Program-made: the position numbers and the translations under genes
Source of the DNA: an uncultured Verrucomicrobiae bacterium
GTDB taxonomy: Bacteria > Verrucomicrobiota > Verrucomicrobiia > Chthoniobacterales > JAFAMB01
Assembly (NCBI GenBank): GCA_963782115.1
Contig: CAWAIK010000001.1
Span: 384,001 to 448,000, forward strand
Reading direction: 5' to 3'
DNA length: 64,000 nucleotides
In this document: positions 52,004-61,865 of the stretch, piece after piece
How positions within the stretch are numbered: the first letter of the stretch is position 1
Layout: every line of letters starts with the position of its first letter
The notes under the pieces: model-generated
Told to the model about the DNA's origin: nothing
What the model saw: the letters and a program-made list of their open reading frames with translations, nothing else
Databases searched by the model: none

Positions 52004-52792
52004 GTGCACCGTATGTTTGGATTCAGCGCCGTTCGTTTCATTTGTTGGCCCGTCTCGGCCGCTGTTTCTTTGGTCCTGTTCTTCGGCGGTTGCGCTCAGC
52101 GGCCCAGCGCACACGCGCCTGCCGGCCTTGGGCATTTCTCGACAGTGGTGATCGATGCCGGTCACGGTGGAAAAGATAGCGGCGGTGTCAGTGGACGAAG
52201 GGCCCCGATTTTTTTGCGGGAGAAAGACTTGACGCTCGATACGGCTAAGCTGGTTCGCGAGGAGCTGCGTCATGCCGGATTGAGGACCGTCATGACGCGC
52301 GAGGACGATCACTTTGTTGAATTGGATGATCGCGTTCGTTTTGCAAACCGACAAGCTCCCGGAGCTGTCCTCGTCAGCATTCACTACGATGCGGTATCTA
52401 ACCACGCGATGCACGGAGCGAAGACTTTTTTCTGGAGAGGTGACAGTCACGGTTTGGCTACACGGATTCAGCAGCAACTGATTTCGGCAACGGACGAAAC
52501 GGATCTGGGTGTGATTCGACGCCGCTTGAGGCTCACGCGTAACCCGGAGATTCCAAGCGTCCTCTGTGAGTGCGCCTACGTAACAAACCCGGCGGAAGCG
52601 CAGAAAGCATCCATGGAAAGTTACAGGCGGCGGATCGCGCATGGCATTGCTCAGGGCATTTTGGAAGAGCACAAGCTGGGTGATGCCGGTATTGCGCCGG
52701 TTCCAGAAATTTTTGCTCCGATGTCAACGGCCTCTGACAAATTCCAATCCCACAGGAAGCATTCGCATCATCATCCGCGACACAAAACCTAG
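52004..52792 (+). CDS. N-acetylmuramoyl-L-alanine amidase (Amidase_3), lipoprotein
   Basis: VVIDAGHGGKDSG, EKDLTL, LVSIH and PSVLCE. Confidence 0.92.
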   Translation: MHRMFGFSAVRFICWPVSAAVSLVLFFGGCAQRPSAHAPAGLGHFSTVVIDAGHGGKDSGGVSGRRAPIFLREKDLTLDTAKLVREELRHAGLRTVMTREDDHFVELDDRVRFANRQAPGAVLVSIHYDAVSNHAMHGAKTFFWRGDSHGLATRIQQQLISATDETDLGVIRRRLRLTRNPEIPSVLCECAYVTNPAEAQKASMESYRRRIAHGIAQGILEEHKLGDAGIAPVPEIFAPMSTASDKFQSHRKHSHHHPRHKT

Positions 52793-52969
52793 CAAGGATG
52801 GTCAGCCGCTGCTCACATAGTTCCCACAAAGGATTGGAACCAAACCGCTTATCTTCGGCTGCGGCAACAATGGGAACGATAATTTGGGCGGCCGAAAACT
52901 GGATGAGAGTCTCTCCGGATCTGTGAAATCGGCGAAATCTGCGGTTTCAAGTTCCGGTGAAGTGAACCG

Positions 52970-53920
52970 TCAACCCGGCACCGGATAGCGCGGTTTTTGC
53001 CCCGATAAGACTCGAATAATATCGGTTATTGCGCTGCGCCGGAGCTTTTGACTCGCCTCAACCGAGTACCATGCGGCATGCGGTGTGACGATCACATTCT
53101 CCAGTTGCAAAAGTTCCTGCGGAATCTTCGGTTCAGTCTCCAAGACGTCCAATCCTGCTCCGCTCAGCTGATTTGATCGGAGTCCTCGGATCAATGCTTC
53201 CGTATCGATGAGCCCGCCACGGCTGACATTAATCACGATCGGTTTTCTTGTCATCAGATCTATCTCTTTTTTTGAGATGAAATGATGAGTCGTTGGAGAG
53301 TAGGGGAGATGGAGCGAAATAATTTCGCATTCAGAAAAAATCTCCTCAGGAGAACTTGGCTTAGTCCCCTTGGACTCAATCACCCCGGTTGATAACTGAG
53401 GATCGTAACCGAGGATCTCCTGCACGAAGACGCGCATTTTTCCGGCGAAATTCGAACCGATTCGGCCTAAACCGAAGATCCCAAGCCGCAACTCTTTCAG
53501 GAAGTGGATTGTGCCGGCGACATTGGAATCCCACCGGCCCTGTTCGACACTTCGATGGAATTGTATTAGGTGGCGATGAACGGCAAAGAGCAACGCGATC
53601 GCGTGATTTGCTACATCTTCTGTTCCATAATCCGGAACGTAACAGACCTCTATCCCATATTTCCGGCAGCCTGGGACGTCGATGATATCGAAACCCACGC
53701 CCATCCGCGTAACCACTTTGCAGAGCCGGAGCCGCGCTGCGATCGATTTGCTGATCGGAACCTCGTGGGTCATCACAGCGGCCGCATCCGCAACCTGGTC
53801 TGTAAGCTCGCCTTGCAGCCGGACCGGTACCAACTCGAACCCGGTCCCTGCCAACAACTCTTCCTCCATCGACAAGTCGGGATAGGGTGGATTGAGATAA
53901 TAGATCCGTTGACCTTTCAT
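52970..53920 (-). CDS. D-2-hydroxyacid dehydrogenase (CtBP-like)
   Basis: GVGFD, VPDYGTEDVANH, GIFGLGRIG, INVSRG and TPHAAWYS. Confidence 0.92.
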   Translation of the reverse strand: MKGQRIYYLNPPYPDLSMEEELLAGTGFELVPVRLQGELTDQVADAAAVMTHEVPISKSIAARLRLCKVVTRMGVGFDIIDVPGCRKYGIEVCYVPDYGTEDVANHAIALLFAVHRHLIQFHRSVEQGRWDSNVAGTIHFLKELRLGIFGLGRIGSNFAGKMRVFVQEILGYDPQLSTGVIESKGTKPSSPEEIFSECEIISLHLPYSPTTHHFISKKEIDLMTRKPIVINVSRGGLIDTEALIRGLRSNQLSGAGLDVLETEPKIPQELLQLENVIVTPHAAWYSVEASQKLRRSAITDIIRVLSGQKPRYPVPG

Positions 53921-54070
53921 AATTCTGGCTATTCAACGTTCAGCCTCTCCGTGGATCAAGCTCTCACTCAAGAAACTGCGGAGAAACGCGGGCGAACGCA
54001 GAGCGGAGATTGCCGACTGGCGTAATGAATATCTCCCAAGACCGGTGTACCAGAGTTACAATACGACTCT

Positions 54071-54409
54071 ATGTATCAGACTTCCGTTCATTCGAACGAC
54101 GTTGATTGGAAGCCGGCGCGGTTCCCCGGTGTTTACTTGAAGATTCTGAATGGAGACCCGGAATTGGAGGCGTCCGTTGTGCTGCGCAAACTGGAACCAA
54201 ATGCCATTATCCCGAAACATTATCACGCGGAGACCGACGAGACTGTCTATGTTCTGGAGGGTGATTTTATTGAAGATGGTAAGGCGTACGTCCCGGGCCA
54301 CGTTTTTTTCGCGAAGGCCGGGTTTCCGCATGGTTCCCACACCACAGCAAAAGGTTGTATCGTCCTGACCGTTTTTTCAGCCAAGCTCGATGTCCATGTC
54401 GTTGACTAG
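54071..54409 (+). CDS. Cupin-domain protein (ChrR-like)
   Basis: PKHYH...ETVYVLEG...AGFPH. Confidence 0.8.
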   Translation: MYQTSVHSNDVDWKPARFPGVYLKILNGDPELEASVVLRKLEPNAIIPKHYHAETDETVYVLEGDFIEDGKAYVPGHVFFAKAGFPHGSHTTAKGCIVLTVFSAKLDVHVVD

Positions 54410-54800
54410 CAATCACTATCGTTACTGGGTGTCGGATCCGGCCGATCCCCGTTTTCGCGCAACCGCCGTGCTTGAGGATGAAGAGCTTCTGATCGACATT
54501 CGAACGGAGCTGGAATCTGGCGAGCGCTCTGCCGTTTTGAGTGAACCGGATCAATTGCGAAAGATTCTTGCGCACTTTTTTTCCCGCTACAAGAGCATCC
54601 GCACATCTTGGTGGGTCGGGAATAATTTGACGACTTTCAATCGAGCCACAGCGGCTGGAGCAACGCCTGAAGAAGCGGCAGTACGAACCGCGTTGGGTCA
54701 TCAAGTTGCTTTGGCCGGTTTTTCGCACCCTCTGATTCGATCTCTGGAAGGTTTTCCCGCCCGATATACAAAAATCGTGGTGAGTTTCAGGAGACCCTAA
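54390..54800 (+). CDS. Hypothetical protein
   Basis: 136-aa ORF overlapping the cupin stop, suggesting translational coupling. Confidence 0.55.
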   Translation: MSMSLTSNHYRYWVSDPADPRFRATAVLEDEELLIDIRTELESGERSAVLSEPDQLRKILAHFFSRYKSIRTSWWVGNNLTTFNRATAAGATPEEAAVRTALGHQVALAGFSHPLIRSLEGFPARYTKIVVSFRRP

Positions 54801-54978
54801 CCTGCATCGCTCACAGATGTTGCAGCATGGGCAATGACCTTACGATCTGTAAATCATGATTCGTCCGCTTCCCATCTGATGAAGAATTCGCCTCGTCTAG
54901 CACCCGATTCGACGCCAATATTCGTTCCGGGCCATGATTATTTGTCTCCTGAACTCCGGCAACTCCTGACTCCGAAAG

Positions 54979-55302
54979 ATGAAGCCTGCTCTGACTCTGA
55001 CTGCGTTCTATTTCGCGTTTGCTTTACCAAGGTTCCCGGTCGCCGCGCAGGAGCATGTAAATGTTCCGCTTCCTCCGTACGATCCTCCTCCGCCGGCGTC
55101 TCATCATGGTGAGACACACGATGATCAACCTCCACGCGTTTCTCGACAGACTCATTCACAATCCAGAGTTTCTCCGCGGCCTCATCCACAACCCAAAGCG
55201 CGCCACGTCAAAAGCTCCCACCACCCTCAGCACCATCATCGACACCATGTTCCACCTCGACGCCACAGCTTTTTCCATTGGCCTTGGCAACATCATAAAT
55301 GA
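54979..55302 (+). CDS. Secreted His/Pro-rich low-complexity protein
   Basis: Signal peptide followed by a Pro- and His-rich tail. Confidence 0.55.
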   Translation: MKPALTLTAFYFAFALPRFPVAAQEHVNVPLPPYDPPPPASHHGETHDDQPPRVSRQTHSQSRVSPRPHPQPKARHVKSSHHPQHHHRHHVPPRRHSFFHWPWQHHK

Positions 55303-55721
55303 TTCGGCTGATCGGTTACTGGCCGCCCGAAGGGAAATCTAGGTCGAGAAATAACATTTCCAGTTTCCGACACGCACCATTTCGGAAGGTTACAATGGAA
55401 ACAGCGACCTCCAAACAGGAGGCTGCGATAAAAAGCCGCCCGGAAAAACGCCTGCCCGCACCGAGGGCATTTCCAGTTTGCCAGCCAGGCCGCAATGAAA
55501 AAGTAAGCGACAAAGGTTAAGGCAAAGAATAGCCCCGGAACGAAAAAGGCGAACCGGAGTTCGAGCATTGCCGCGAAGAAGAGACAAAGCACCGCAAGCC
55601 GGCGCCGGCGGTAAGAGGCCCAGGCACTTGCATACTCCGGATCCACCCATGTGCAGGAGGATTGTTTTGAGCTCTTCTGTAATTTAGATGCCTTCATCCG
55701 AACGGATATTTCGACCGACAA
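55293..55721 (-). CDS. Hypothetical two-TM protein with CxxC..CxxC ribbon
   Basis: Two hydrophobic helices, then WKCPRCG...CFHC. Confidence 0.55.
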   Translation of the reverse strand: MSVEISVRMKASKLQKSSKQSSCTWVDPEYASAWASYRRRRLAVLCLFFAAMLELRFAFFVPGLFFALTFVAYFFIAAWLANWKCPRCGQAFFRAAFYRSLLFGGRCFHCNLPKWCVSETGNVISRPRFPFGRPVTDQPNHL

Positions 55722-55810
55722 GCCCGGGGTTCCGGAAGGCTTTAAGAGAGATTTAATGTTTGATCCAGCCAGTCGAAGATCCGTGCGGAAAGCTGGCGGT
55801 TATTTCTGTG

Positions 55811-56770
55811 TCAAGAGCCGGCCCCGTTGTTTCCCTTAAAGGCGCTGGCTTCATTTAACTTGCACAATTCGGCATCGCTCAGTCGCACGTCTGAAACGCG
55901 CAGTAAATCGGGAAGCTGTTCGGTGGTACGTGCGCTGGCAATCGGGGCGACGACAGTCGGTTGGGCGGCAAGCCACGCGAGCGCGATAGTGGCGACTGCG
56001 GTATTGTGCGTGGCTGCGACCGCATCCAACGCGGCCAGAACCTTGATCCCTTTCTCGTTCAAGTAGGCGCCCGCGCTTTGCGCGCGCTGACTCTGAACAT
56101 TCGCGTCCGGGCGGTATTTGCCTGTCAGAAAGCCGGAGGCAAGCGCGTAGTATGGTATCGAGGAAAGTCCTTCACGCGCTACGAGGTCTGCGAGCTCACC
56201 CTCGTATTTGTCGCGTTCGACCAGGTTGTAATGCTGTTGGAGAGCAACGTATCGAGCGAGTCCTTCGCGATCAGAGACTGCCAACGCTTCGGCCAGCCTG
56301 GGAGCCGTATAGTTGGAGGCAGCGATATACCGTACTTTACCTTCGCGAATCAAAGCATCAAAAGCGCCAAGAGTCTCTTCAAGAGGCGTCTGTTCGTCGT
56401 CTGCGTGCGCGTAATACAGGTCGATATACTCGGTCTGGAGTCGTTTAAGTGAATTTTCTGCGGCGGCCCGAATGGTCTTGGCTGACAGCCCTTGAAATTG
56501 AGGATGCTTTCCTACCTTGGTGCCGATGATTGTTTGGTCGCGCCTTCCCCGGCTTGCAAGCCAGCGTCCAAGAATGGTCTCCGATTCGCCGCCTGAATTA
56601 CCGGGTGCCCACGCAGAGTAAACGTCAGCTGTATCGATAAAGTTCCCGCCTCCTGCTGCATATCCGTCCAGGACAGCAAACGACGCTTCTTCGTCTGCCG
56701 TCCATCCAAAAACGTTTCCTCCAAGCGCGAGTGGATAAACATCGAGATCGGTCGAACTGATTTTTGCCAT
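55811..56770 (-). CDS. Aldo/keto reductase
   Basis: LGGNVFGW, FIDTADVYS, SLKRLQTEYIDLY and LASGFLTGKY. Confidence 0.95.
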   Translation of the reverse strand: MAKISSTDLDVYPLALGGNVFGWTADEEASFAVLDGYAAGGGNFIDTADVYSAWAPGNSGGESETILGRWLASRGRRDQTIIGTKVGKHPQFQGLSAKTIRAAAENSLKRLQTEYIDLYYAHADDEQTPLEETLGAFDALIREGKVRYIAASNYTAPRLAEALAVSDREGLARYVALQQHYNLVERDKYEGELADLVAREGLSSIPYYALASGFLTGKYRPDANVQSQRAQSAGAYLNEKGIKVLAALDAVAATHNTAVATIALAWLAAQPTVVAPIASARTTEQLPDLLRVSDVRLSDAELCKLNEASAFKGNNGAGS

Positions 56771-56858
56771 CTTCGAAGCTACTGATCCCTTCTCGCTTGT
56801 CGAGCGAGTCCGCAACTTTGTGCACCGCCAGCAAACTGGGAAAGGCAGCTTCCATCGT

Positions 56859-57079
56859 TTTGTGATCTGCTGTGCAAATGATTTTTCTTCGTTCCCACGG
56901 CACTAAGACAGAAAAAAAGCAAAAGTCATTTTTGAACAGAAGATCGCAAAGATCACAAAGAGTCACTGTCTTTAAGAGCCCTCGGAGGCACGTGGGCCTG
57001 CGTTGTCTAAATCGCGATCAGCAACGAACGAAACGCTCATAATCCCCACTCGTCCTCTTGTTCTGAAATCGTAATCGTC
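56859..57079. repeat. Second copy of the ~220 bp intergenic repeat at 48516-48737
   Basis: Near-identical from TTTGTGATCT to CTGAAATCGTAATCGTC. Confidence 0.9.
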
Positions 57080-57124
57080 CCGTTCTCGACTTCTATGGAC
57101 GCGGAAAACGCGCCGATTGCCGAA

Positions 57125-57277
57125 AACGTTCAGCGTTCAACGTTCAACGTTCAGCGTTCAACGTTCAACGTTCAGCGTTCAACGTTCAACGTTCAGCGTT
57201 CACGTTCAACGTTCAGCGTTCAACGTTCAGCGTTCAACGTTCAACGTTCAACGTTCAACGTTCAGCGTTCAACGTTC
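57125..57277. repeat. Heptamer tandem repeat A(A/G)CGTTC x22
   Basis: 22 units counted, one of them 6 nt at 57202-57207. Confidence 0.95.
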
Positions 57278-57422
57278 AAAGATCGACGATTGGGAGAAGT
57301 CCTACACCGCTCTAACCGTTCGTTACGCCAAAAAGTTGGACAAATGAGCCGGGTTTTGACCACGAGCCCGGGTGTAGACCACTGGTCCGTTTGAGGTGGA
57401 AGACTTCGCTAAATAGATACTG

Positions 57423-58214
57423 CTATTTCGGGGAAGGTGCACTAGCCAACGCCGCCTCCACGGCGCCTGGAAAGAGCTCCGTGACCTCACCTTCCAACCG
57501 CAGAGAAACTGATGGGTGGTCGTCCTGGTCTGTCGCTCCGCGATTGACGATGACATACGGAATACCGCGGTTCGCGGCCAGCAAGGGAAACGAGGCGGCG
57601 GGATGAACCGAGAGCGTGGACCCAAGCGCTACCACCAGATCTGCCCTCCGCGCTGCTTCGCCGGCGCGCTCAAGGGCAAGCGCATCGAGATTTTGTCCGA
57701 AACTAATGGTCGCCGGCTTCAGGTAGCCGCCGCAGTCGCAAAGCGGCGGTTTGCGATGGATTCGGAATTTCTCAAAACAGGGCTCAGGATCACCGCGCCA
57801 GTGACAGGTTTGGCATTCCACCAGCAGGTTGGTGCCGTGCAGCTCGATCAGGTGTTCGCGATCGGAACCGGCGAGAGCGTGCAATCCATCGATGTTCTGG
57901 GTGAGCACGGCAGCGACTCTGCCCATATTTTCCAATTTTACGATTGCCTGGTGTACCGGGTTTGGCCGCGCGGCGCGAAATGCCGGCCAAGCCTCGAGCT
58001 TGTAGTCCCAGTGCTCGATTCGGGCCGCTTCCGAGGTCATGAAGTCCTGGTAATACACCGGCCTGCGACGAGTCCAAACGCCGTTCGGTCCTCTGAAATC
58101 AGGGATTCCGCTTCCGGTCGAAATACCAGCGCCGGTAAAGATCATTATCCGGTGTGCTTTTCGGATGTATCCGACCAATTGTTCCAGCTCAGGAGTCATC
58201 TCACGCAATTTCAA
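57423..58214 (-). CDS. cobB: Sir2-family NAD-dependent deacylase
   Basis: FTGAGISTGSGIPDFRG, TQNIDGLH, ELHG, CxxC..CxC and GSTLSVHPAA. Confidence 0.93.
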   Translation of the reverse strand: MKLREMTPELEQLVGYIRKAHRIMIFTGAGISTGSGIPDFRGPNGVWTRRRPVYYQDFMTSEAARIEHWDYKLEAWPAFRAARPNPVHQAIVKLENMGRVAAVLTQNIDGLHALAGSDREHLIELHGTNLLVECQTCHWRGDPEPCFEKFRIHRKPPLCDCGGYLKPATISFGQNLDALALERAGEAARRADLVVALGSTLSVHPAASFPLLAANRGIPYVIVNRGATDQDDHPSVSLRLEGEVTELFPGAVEAALASAPSPK

Positions 58215-58256
58215 ACCACGGACCGGGTCTGTCCAAGAATCACATTCTTCAATGAA

Positions 58257-58856
58257 TCACGGCGAAGAATTATTCAGTGATGTACGGAAGATTTTCAGGT
58301 CTTTCTCCACGATGTCGGGAGACTGGCGCCCATACTCCGGGCTCAGATAATCTGGAAGGATCGCAAGGTCGTTTTTCGGATCGGTGACCCCAAGGCTGAA
58401 CGAAATGCCCTTGACGATCTGGACAGGTTGATAGGATTCGATCCGCTTTTGGTGCGCCTCTTGTTTTTGCTCCTCCTGCAGCTGCATCTCCTTCCGAGCG
58501 AACGTTTCGCTCCTGGTGGGCTCGGGCGAAGTGCCGAAGTCCACTTTTTGTTCACCAATGACCGTCAATGCCGGAAGTTCAATCGCCTTGGTGAGATCTT
58601 TCGAAAATTTTTCGCGATCGGCCGGTTTGAGTTCGGACAGGGAAAACTGGAATTCGCCTTCTCTGCTCTGAATCAACAGTGCAGAAGAATTGCGGCTCAA
58701 CACCTGGATATCATGGAAAGTTTTGCCTGCAGCCGTGGTGAGATCTTCTCCACGGGCAGAAACCGCGCCGATTGTCCACAAAAAGACAAAGACGGTATTG
58801 CGTAGCCCCACCCTCGCTGTTCGCCTGGTGTCACAATTGAATGGGTGTTGGTCCAC
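58257..58856 (-). CDS. Secreted hypothetical protein
   Basis: Signal-like segment, then EDLTTAAGKTFHDIQV...LSELKPADREKF. Confidence 0.6.
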   Translation of the reverse strand: MDQHPFNCDTRRTARVGLRNTVFVFLWTIGAVSARGEDLTTAAGKTFHDIQVLSRNSSALLIQSREGEFQFSLSELKPADREKFSKDLTKAIELPALTVIGEQKVDFGTSPEPTRSETFARKEMQLQEEQKQEAHQKRIESYQPVQIVKGISFSLGVTDPKNDLAILPDYLSPEYGRQSPDIVEKDLKIFRTSLNNSSP

Positions 58857-59021
58857 GCCGGAGACCCTAACCGCGAATCGAACTGCGAACCAGCTAAAAT
58901 CTGCTTCCGCTGTTCAGCCAGAACCGAACGTTGATTCCGTTGGGTTTTTTCGTGCGAAATCGGAGAATGGCCCCTTGAAAACTCCCGTGCAGCCGCGGCA
59001 ATCTTGAGAGACAATTCTTTC

Positions 59022-59546
59022 ATGCCCATTAAGAGCCGAATCACTGCAGAAAAAACAGACATCACCCAATTGCCCGTCGATGCAATCGTGAATGCCGCTA
59101 ACATCTCGTTGCTGGGCGGGGGTGGAGTGGACGGTGCGATCCACCGTGCGGCCGGTCCCGAGTTACTCGAGGAGTGCCGAAGTCTGGGCGGGTGCGAAAC
59201 AGGCCACGCGAAAATCACGAAGGGTTATCGGTTGCCGGCGAAGTGGGTCATACACACGGTGGGACCGGTATGGCACGGAGGCACACGCCACGAGCCCGAA
59301 CTCCTGGCGAGCTGCTACAGATCTTGTTTCAAAATAGCGGCTGAACACCATCTCCGAAGCCTTGCTTTTCCGGCGATCAGTTGCGGAGTGTTCGGCTATC
59401 CAATCGGTCAAGCGACCGAAATCGCAGTTCGCGAAACCGTAACCGCTTTGAAAGCGAATGAATTAATTGAACGAGTGTATTTTGCTTGTTTTGGCGAAGA
59501 GGTGTATTCCGCCTACACATCGCGTTTGGATCGGCTGGTAGACTAG
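59022..59546 (+). CDS. ymdB: Macrodomain O-acetyl-ADP-ribose deacetylase (YmdB-like)
   Basis: DIT, IVNAAN, GGGGVDGAIHRAAG, VIHTVGP and AFPAISCGVFGYP. Confidence 0.93.
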   Translation: MPIKSRITAEKTDITQLPVDAIVNAANISLLGGGGVDGAIHRAAGPELLEECRSLGGCETGHAKITKGYRLPAKWVIHTVGPVWHGGTRHEPELLASCYRSCFKIAAEHHLRSLAFPAISCGVFGYPIGQATEIAVRETVTALKANELIERVYFACFGEEVYSAYTSRLDRLVD

Positions 59547-59674
59547 GGGGAAAACCCGCCGACCTATCTCGCGTTTGAGATCAACCGCAAGTGAAGGTCT
59601 CCGCTTGGGAATCTTCCATGCAAACTGGATTACCTCAGGATTCTGTAACTCCTGGCTCCTGACTCCTCCTCCCC

Positions 59675-61087
59675 TCAATATTTTCTTCGAGCTTGCGGCG
59701 GCGGTGTTTCAATGTTTTCCAGGTCAATACCGTTTTCCTGCAGGGTTCGGAGGATATTATCCAGCAGCAAAGGGAGGCCGTCGACATTGTTTTCGCGGTT
59801 CAAAGTGTGAAAGTTCACGATCTGTTCGCGGACTCTAAGCGTGAGGAGGGATTTGAATTGTTCGACGGGATCCGTCATCGGTGCTCCGGTATCGGCCCTC
59901 CGACTGACCGCTTGATCGAAGTTTTCGCTGGCCAGATCGCTTAGGGTTTCGCGCAACGCGGCCACAGTTTCTGTCAATCGCGCGTTTTCTTCTCGTAACT
60001 TTCCAACCTCCTTGCCGGTCTCAATCGCATGTACCTCTCCCGGCCGCGATGGTTGATGCGATTGGCGAAGCTGATTCCTCGCGGTTTGCAACTCTTCGCG
60101 AAGACCGTCAAACTGGATCTGGATTTGCTTCAGAAGATCCGGTACATCCAAACCCGGTTTTTGAGGTCTTTCGTGGTGTGCAGGCGGCTTCTCCAATCTC
60201 TGCCGATGTGATTTTTCGTGTCGACTTACACTCTGACCGGCGGCCTGGGATTTGCCTGGTTGATGCTGCTGCGGGCGTCGATTCAGTTGATGTTGATGTA
60301 GAACCGATCCTTGCGCGGTCAACTGAGTAGCCGGCTCCGGACCCGATGAATCCTGGCGATCGTCGCCGGGCTTGACCAATTTCGGTTGAAGGAAATCTTT
60401 CAATATGGGGGGCAAGTCTTCCTCCGCGAGCTGTTTCTGCCAGCGCGAACTCCATTTTCTCAAAGTCTTGCCCAACTCCTGTTGGAGCGGTTCCGGGATT
60501 GCCGTGAGCGGTTGAAAAGGTTTGGCCCATTGGAAAACCGCTACTGCGGCCGGAGGGTTGGCACCCGCCGCACACTCGATCGCAGTCAGCGCGACGAGCT
60601 CTGCTTCGGCCTGCTTAAGAGATTTCAAGTCGAGCTGCAACAGCCATGGTTTATTTTTTCCGATCAGAACGCTGTAAAAGATTTGGCGGTCTTTTGGATC
60701 CAGGCCGCTTTCGGTCCGCAAACTTTGCAAGGTGGCCACGATCAGCTTAAGCGCCGAAGACGGATCCAGCTTGTGCAGGCCGCGCGCGATGCTTAGACGC
60801 ATTCGCCTTGAGGCTTCTGATTCCAACGGCTTCAGAGCGGCGAGGAAGCTTCGTTGTTTGGCTTGGGTCAATTGGGGCCACGCTTCCAAAGCGCCGTTCA
60901 CTGGAATGAACCATGGCAGATCCCCGAGAAGTTCCAGCGCGCTCGACAGCGGTTTTCCTCCCGAGGCGACCAATTCCTTGAACAGGGCAGCGCCTTTTTG
61001 TTCGTCGGCAGAGGAAAGCCGTCCGCTGCGGGAATTCTCGATGATAACCCGCAGTTCATCGATGAGGGGTTGAAAATTTTTCGCCAT
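59675..61087 (-). CDS. Hypothetical protein (helical N-domain, Q/P-rich linker, coiled coil)
   Basis: 470-aa ORF downstream of and co-oriented with the NDT gene. Confidence 0.7.
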   Translation of the reverse strand: MAKNFQPLIDELRVIIENSRSGRLSSADEQKGAALFKELVASGGKPLSSALELLGDLPWFIPVNGALEAWPQLTQAKQRSFLAALKPLESEASRRMRLSIARGLHKLDPSSALKLIVATLQSLRTESGLDPKDRQIFYSVLIGKNKPWLLQLDLKSLKQAEAELVALTAIECAAGANPPAAVAVFQWAKPFQPLTAIPEPLQQELGKTLRKWSSRWQKQLAEEDLPPILKDFLQPKLVKPGDDRQDSSGPEPATQLTAQGSVLHQHQLNRRPQQHQPGKSQAAGQSVSRHEKSHRQRLEKPPAHHERPQKPGLDVPDLLKQIQIQFDGLREELQTARNQLRQSHQPSRPGEVHAIETGKEVGKLREENARLTETVAALRETLSDLASENFDQAVSRRADTGAPMTDPVEQFKSLLTLRVREQIVNFHTLNRENNVDGLPLLLDNILRTLQENGIDLENIETPPPQARRKY

Positions 61088-61115
61088 AGAAATCGCAGTC
61101 TGAATGGGCCGGCTG

Positions 61116-61754
61116 CTAAGGCAGGAGTCCTTTCGCCTTCTTTTGTGCAAGTGCTGCAATCACTTTGTCACCACTCTCGGAGGAATGAAATCCCGGCATC
61201 TTGCTGAGCCAGCGAAAAACCGGTTCGGCTAATTCGCCGGGCATCGCGGGAACCAGTTGGCTTAGCAGTTGCAACTCCTTGACGGCCGCTTCGGCAACGT
61301 CTTCAACCAGGACTTGCCCAGCGTCGGTCGGGGAAACACCCATGCTTAGCGCCTTCTTGTAGATCTCCATGCTGTTCAAACAGAGCGTCCGGGTACGCGG
61401 GTAGAAACTCAACATGAGATTCCAAGGGTCCTCCCCTTGATCTCCAGCGCGCCGGAAATCAGTTCGTACAAGCAGGGAAGGAATATCTGCGAATTTCGCA
61501 AACATGAATTCAGTCACTGTTCCCGAATCCAGTTCCGGCCCGTCGAAATTGAAAAGGGCAAGATCACAGCCGATCAAGGTAACGATATCTTGGTCGCGGA
61601 TATCCTGAGGAGCCATCTCCCGTTCCTCCAGAGTTTGAGGAAGGACACAAATGAAGTTCAGATTTGAGACCTTCGCAATCGCATCCGCCAGGGCCGCGTT
61701 GCCCACCAAGTGTTTGGAAGAGAAAAGCTCGCCGGCAAAATAAACCAAAGACAT
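61116..61754 (-). CDS. Nucleoside 2-deoxyribosyltransferase family protein
   Basis: VYFAGELF, LPQ, DGPELDSGTVTE, RTDFR and WNLM. Confidence 0.88.
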   Translation of the reverse strand: MSLVYFAGELFSSKHLVGNAALADAIAKVSNLNFICVLPQTLEEREMAPQDIRDQDIVTLIGCDLALFNFDGPELDSGTVTEFMFAKFADIPSLLVRTDFRRAGDQGEDPWNLMLSFYPRTRTLCLNSMEIYKKALSMGVSPTDAGQVLVEDVAEAAVKELQLLSQLVPAMPGELAEPVFRWLSKMPGFHSSESGDKVIAALAQKKAKGLLP

Positions 61755-61865
61755 TCAGCATTCAGATCGGGCGAAACCATTCAGCCTCAAAGGGAATTAA
61801 TCAAGCGGATTTCCTGGCGTATCTCCATTGGACGGCTTTCGGAACAGCGGGTAATAGCTTCTCAC

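Noticed and set aside
57095..57394. ORFs encoding NVQRSTF repeats
   Set aside because: A by-product of a stop-free heptamer repeat, with no evidence of a real protein.
57423..61754. Thoeris or other Sir2 defence system
   Set aside because: The Sir2 is a canonical Zn-ribbon CobB type, the macrodomain is a standalone YmdB type on the opposite strand, and there is no TIR gene.
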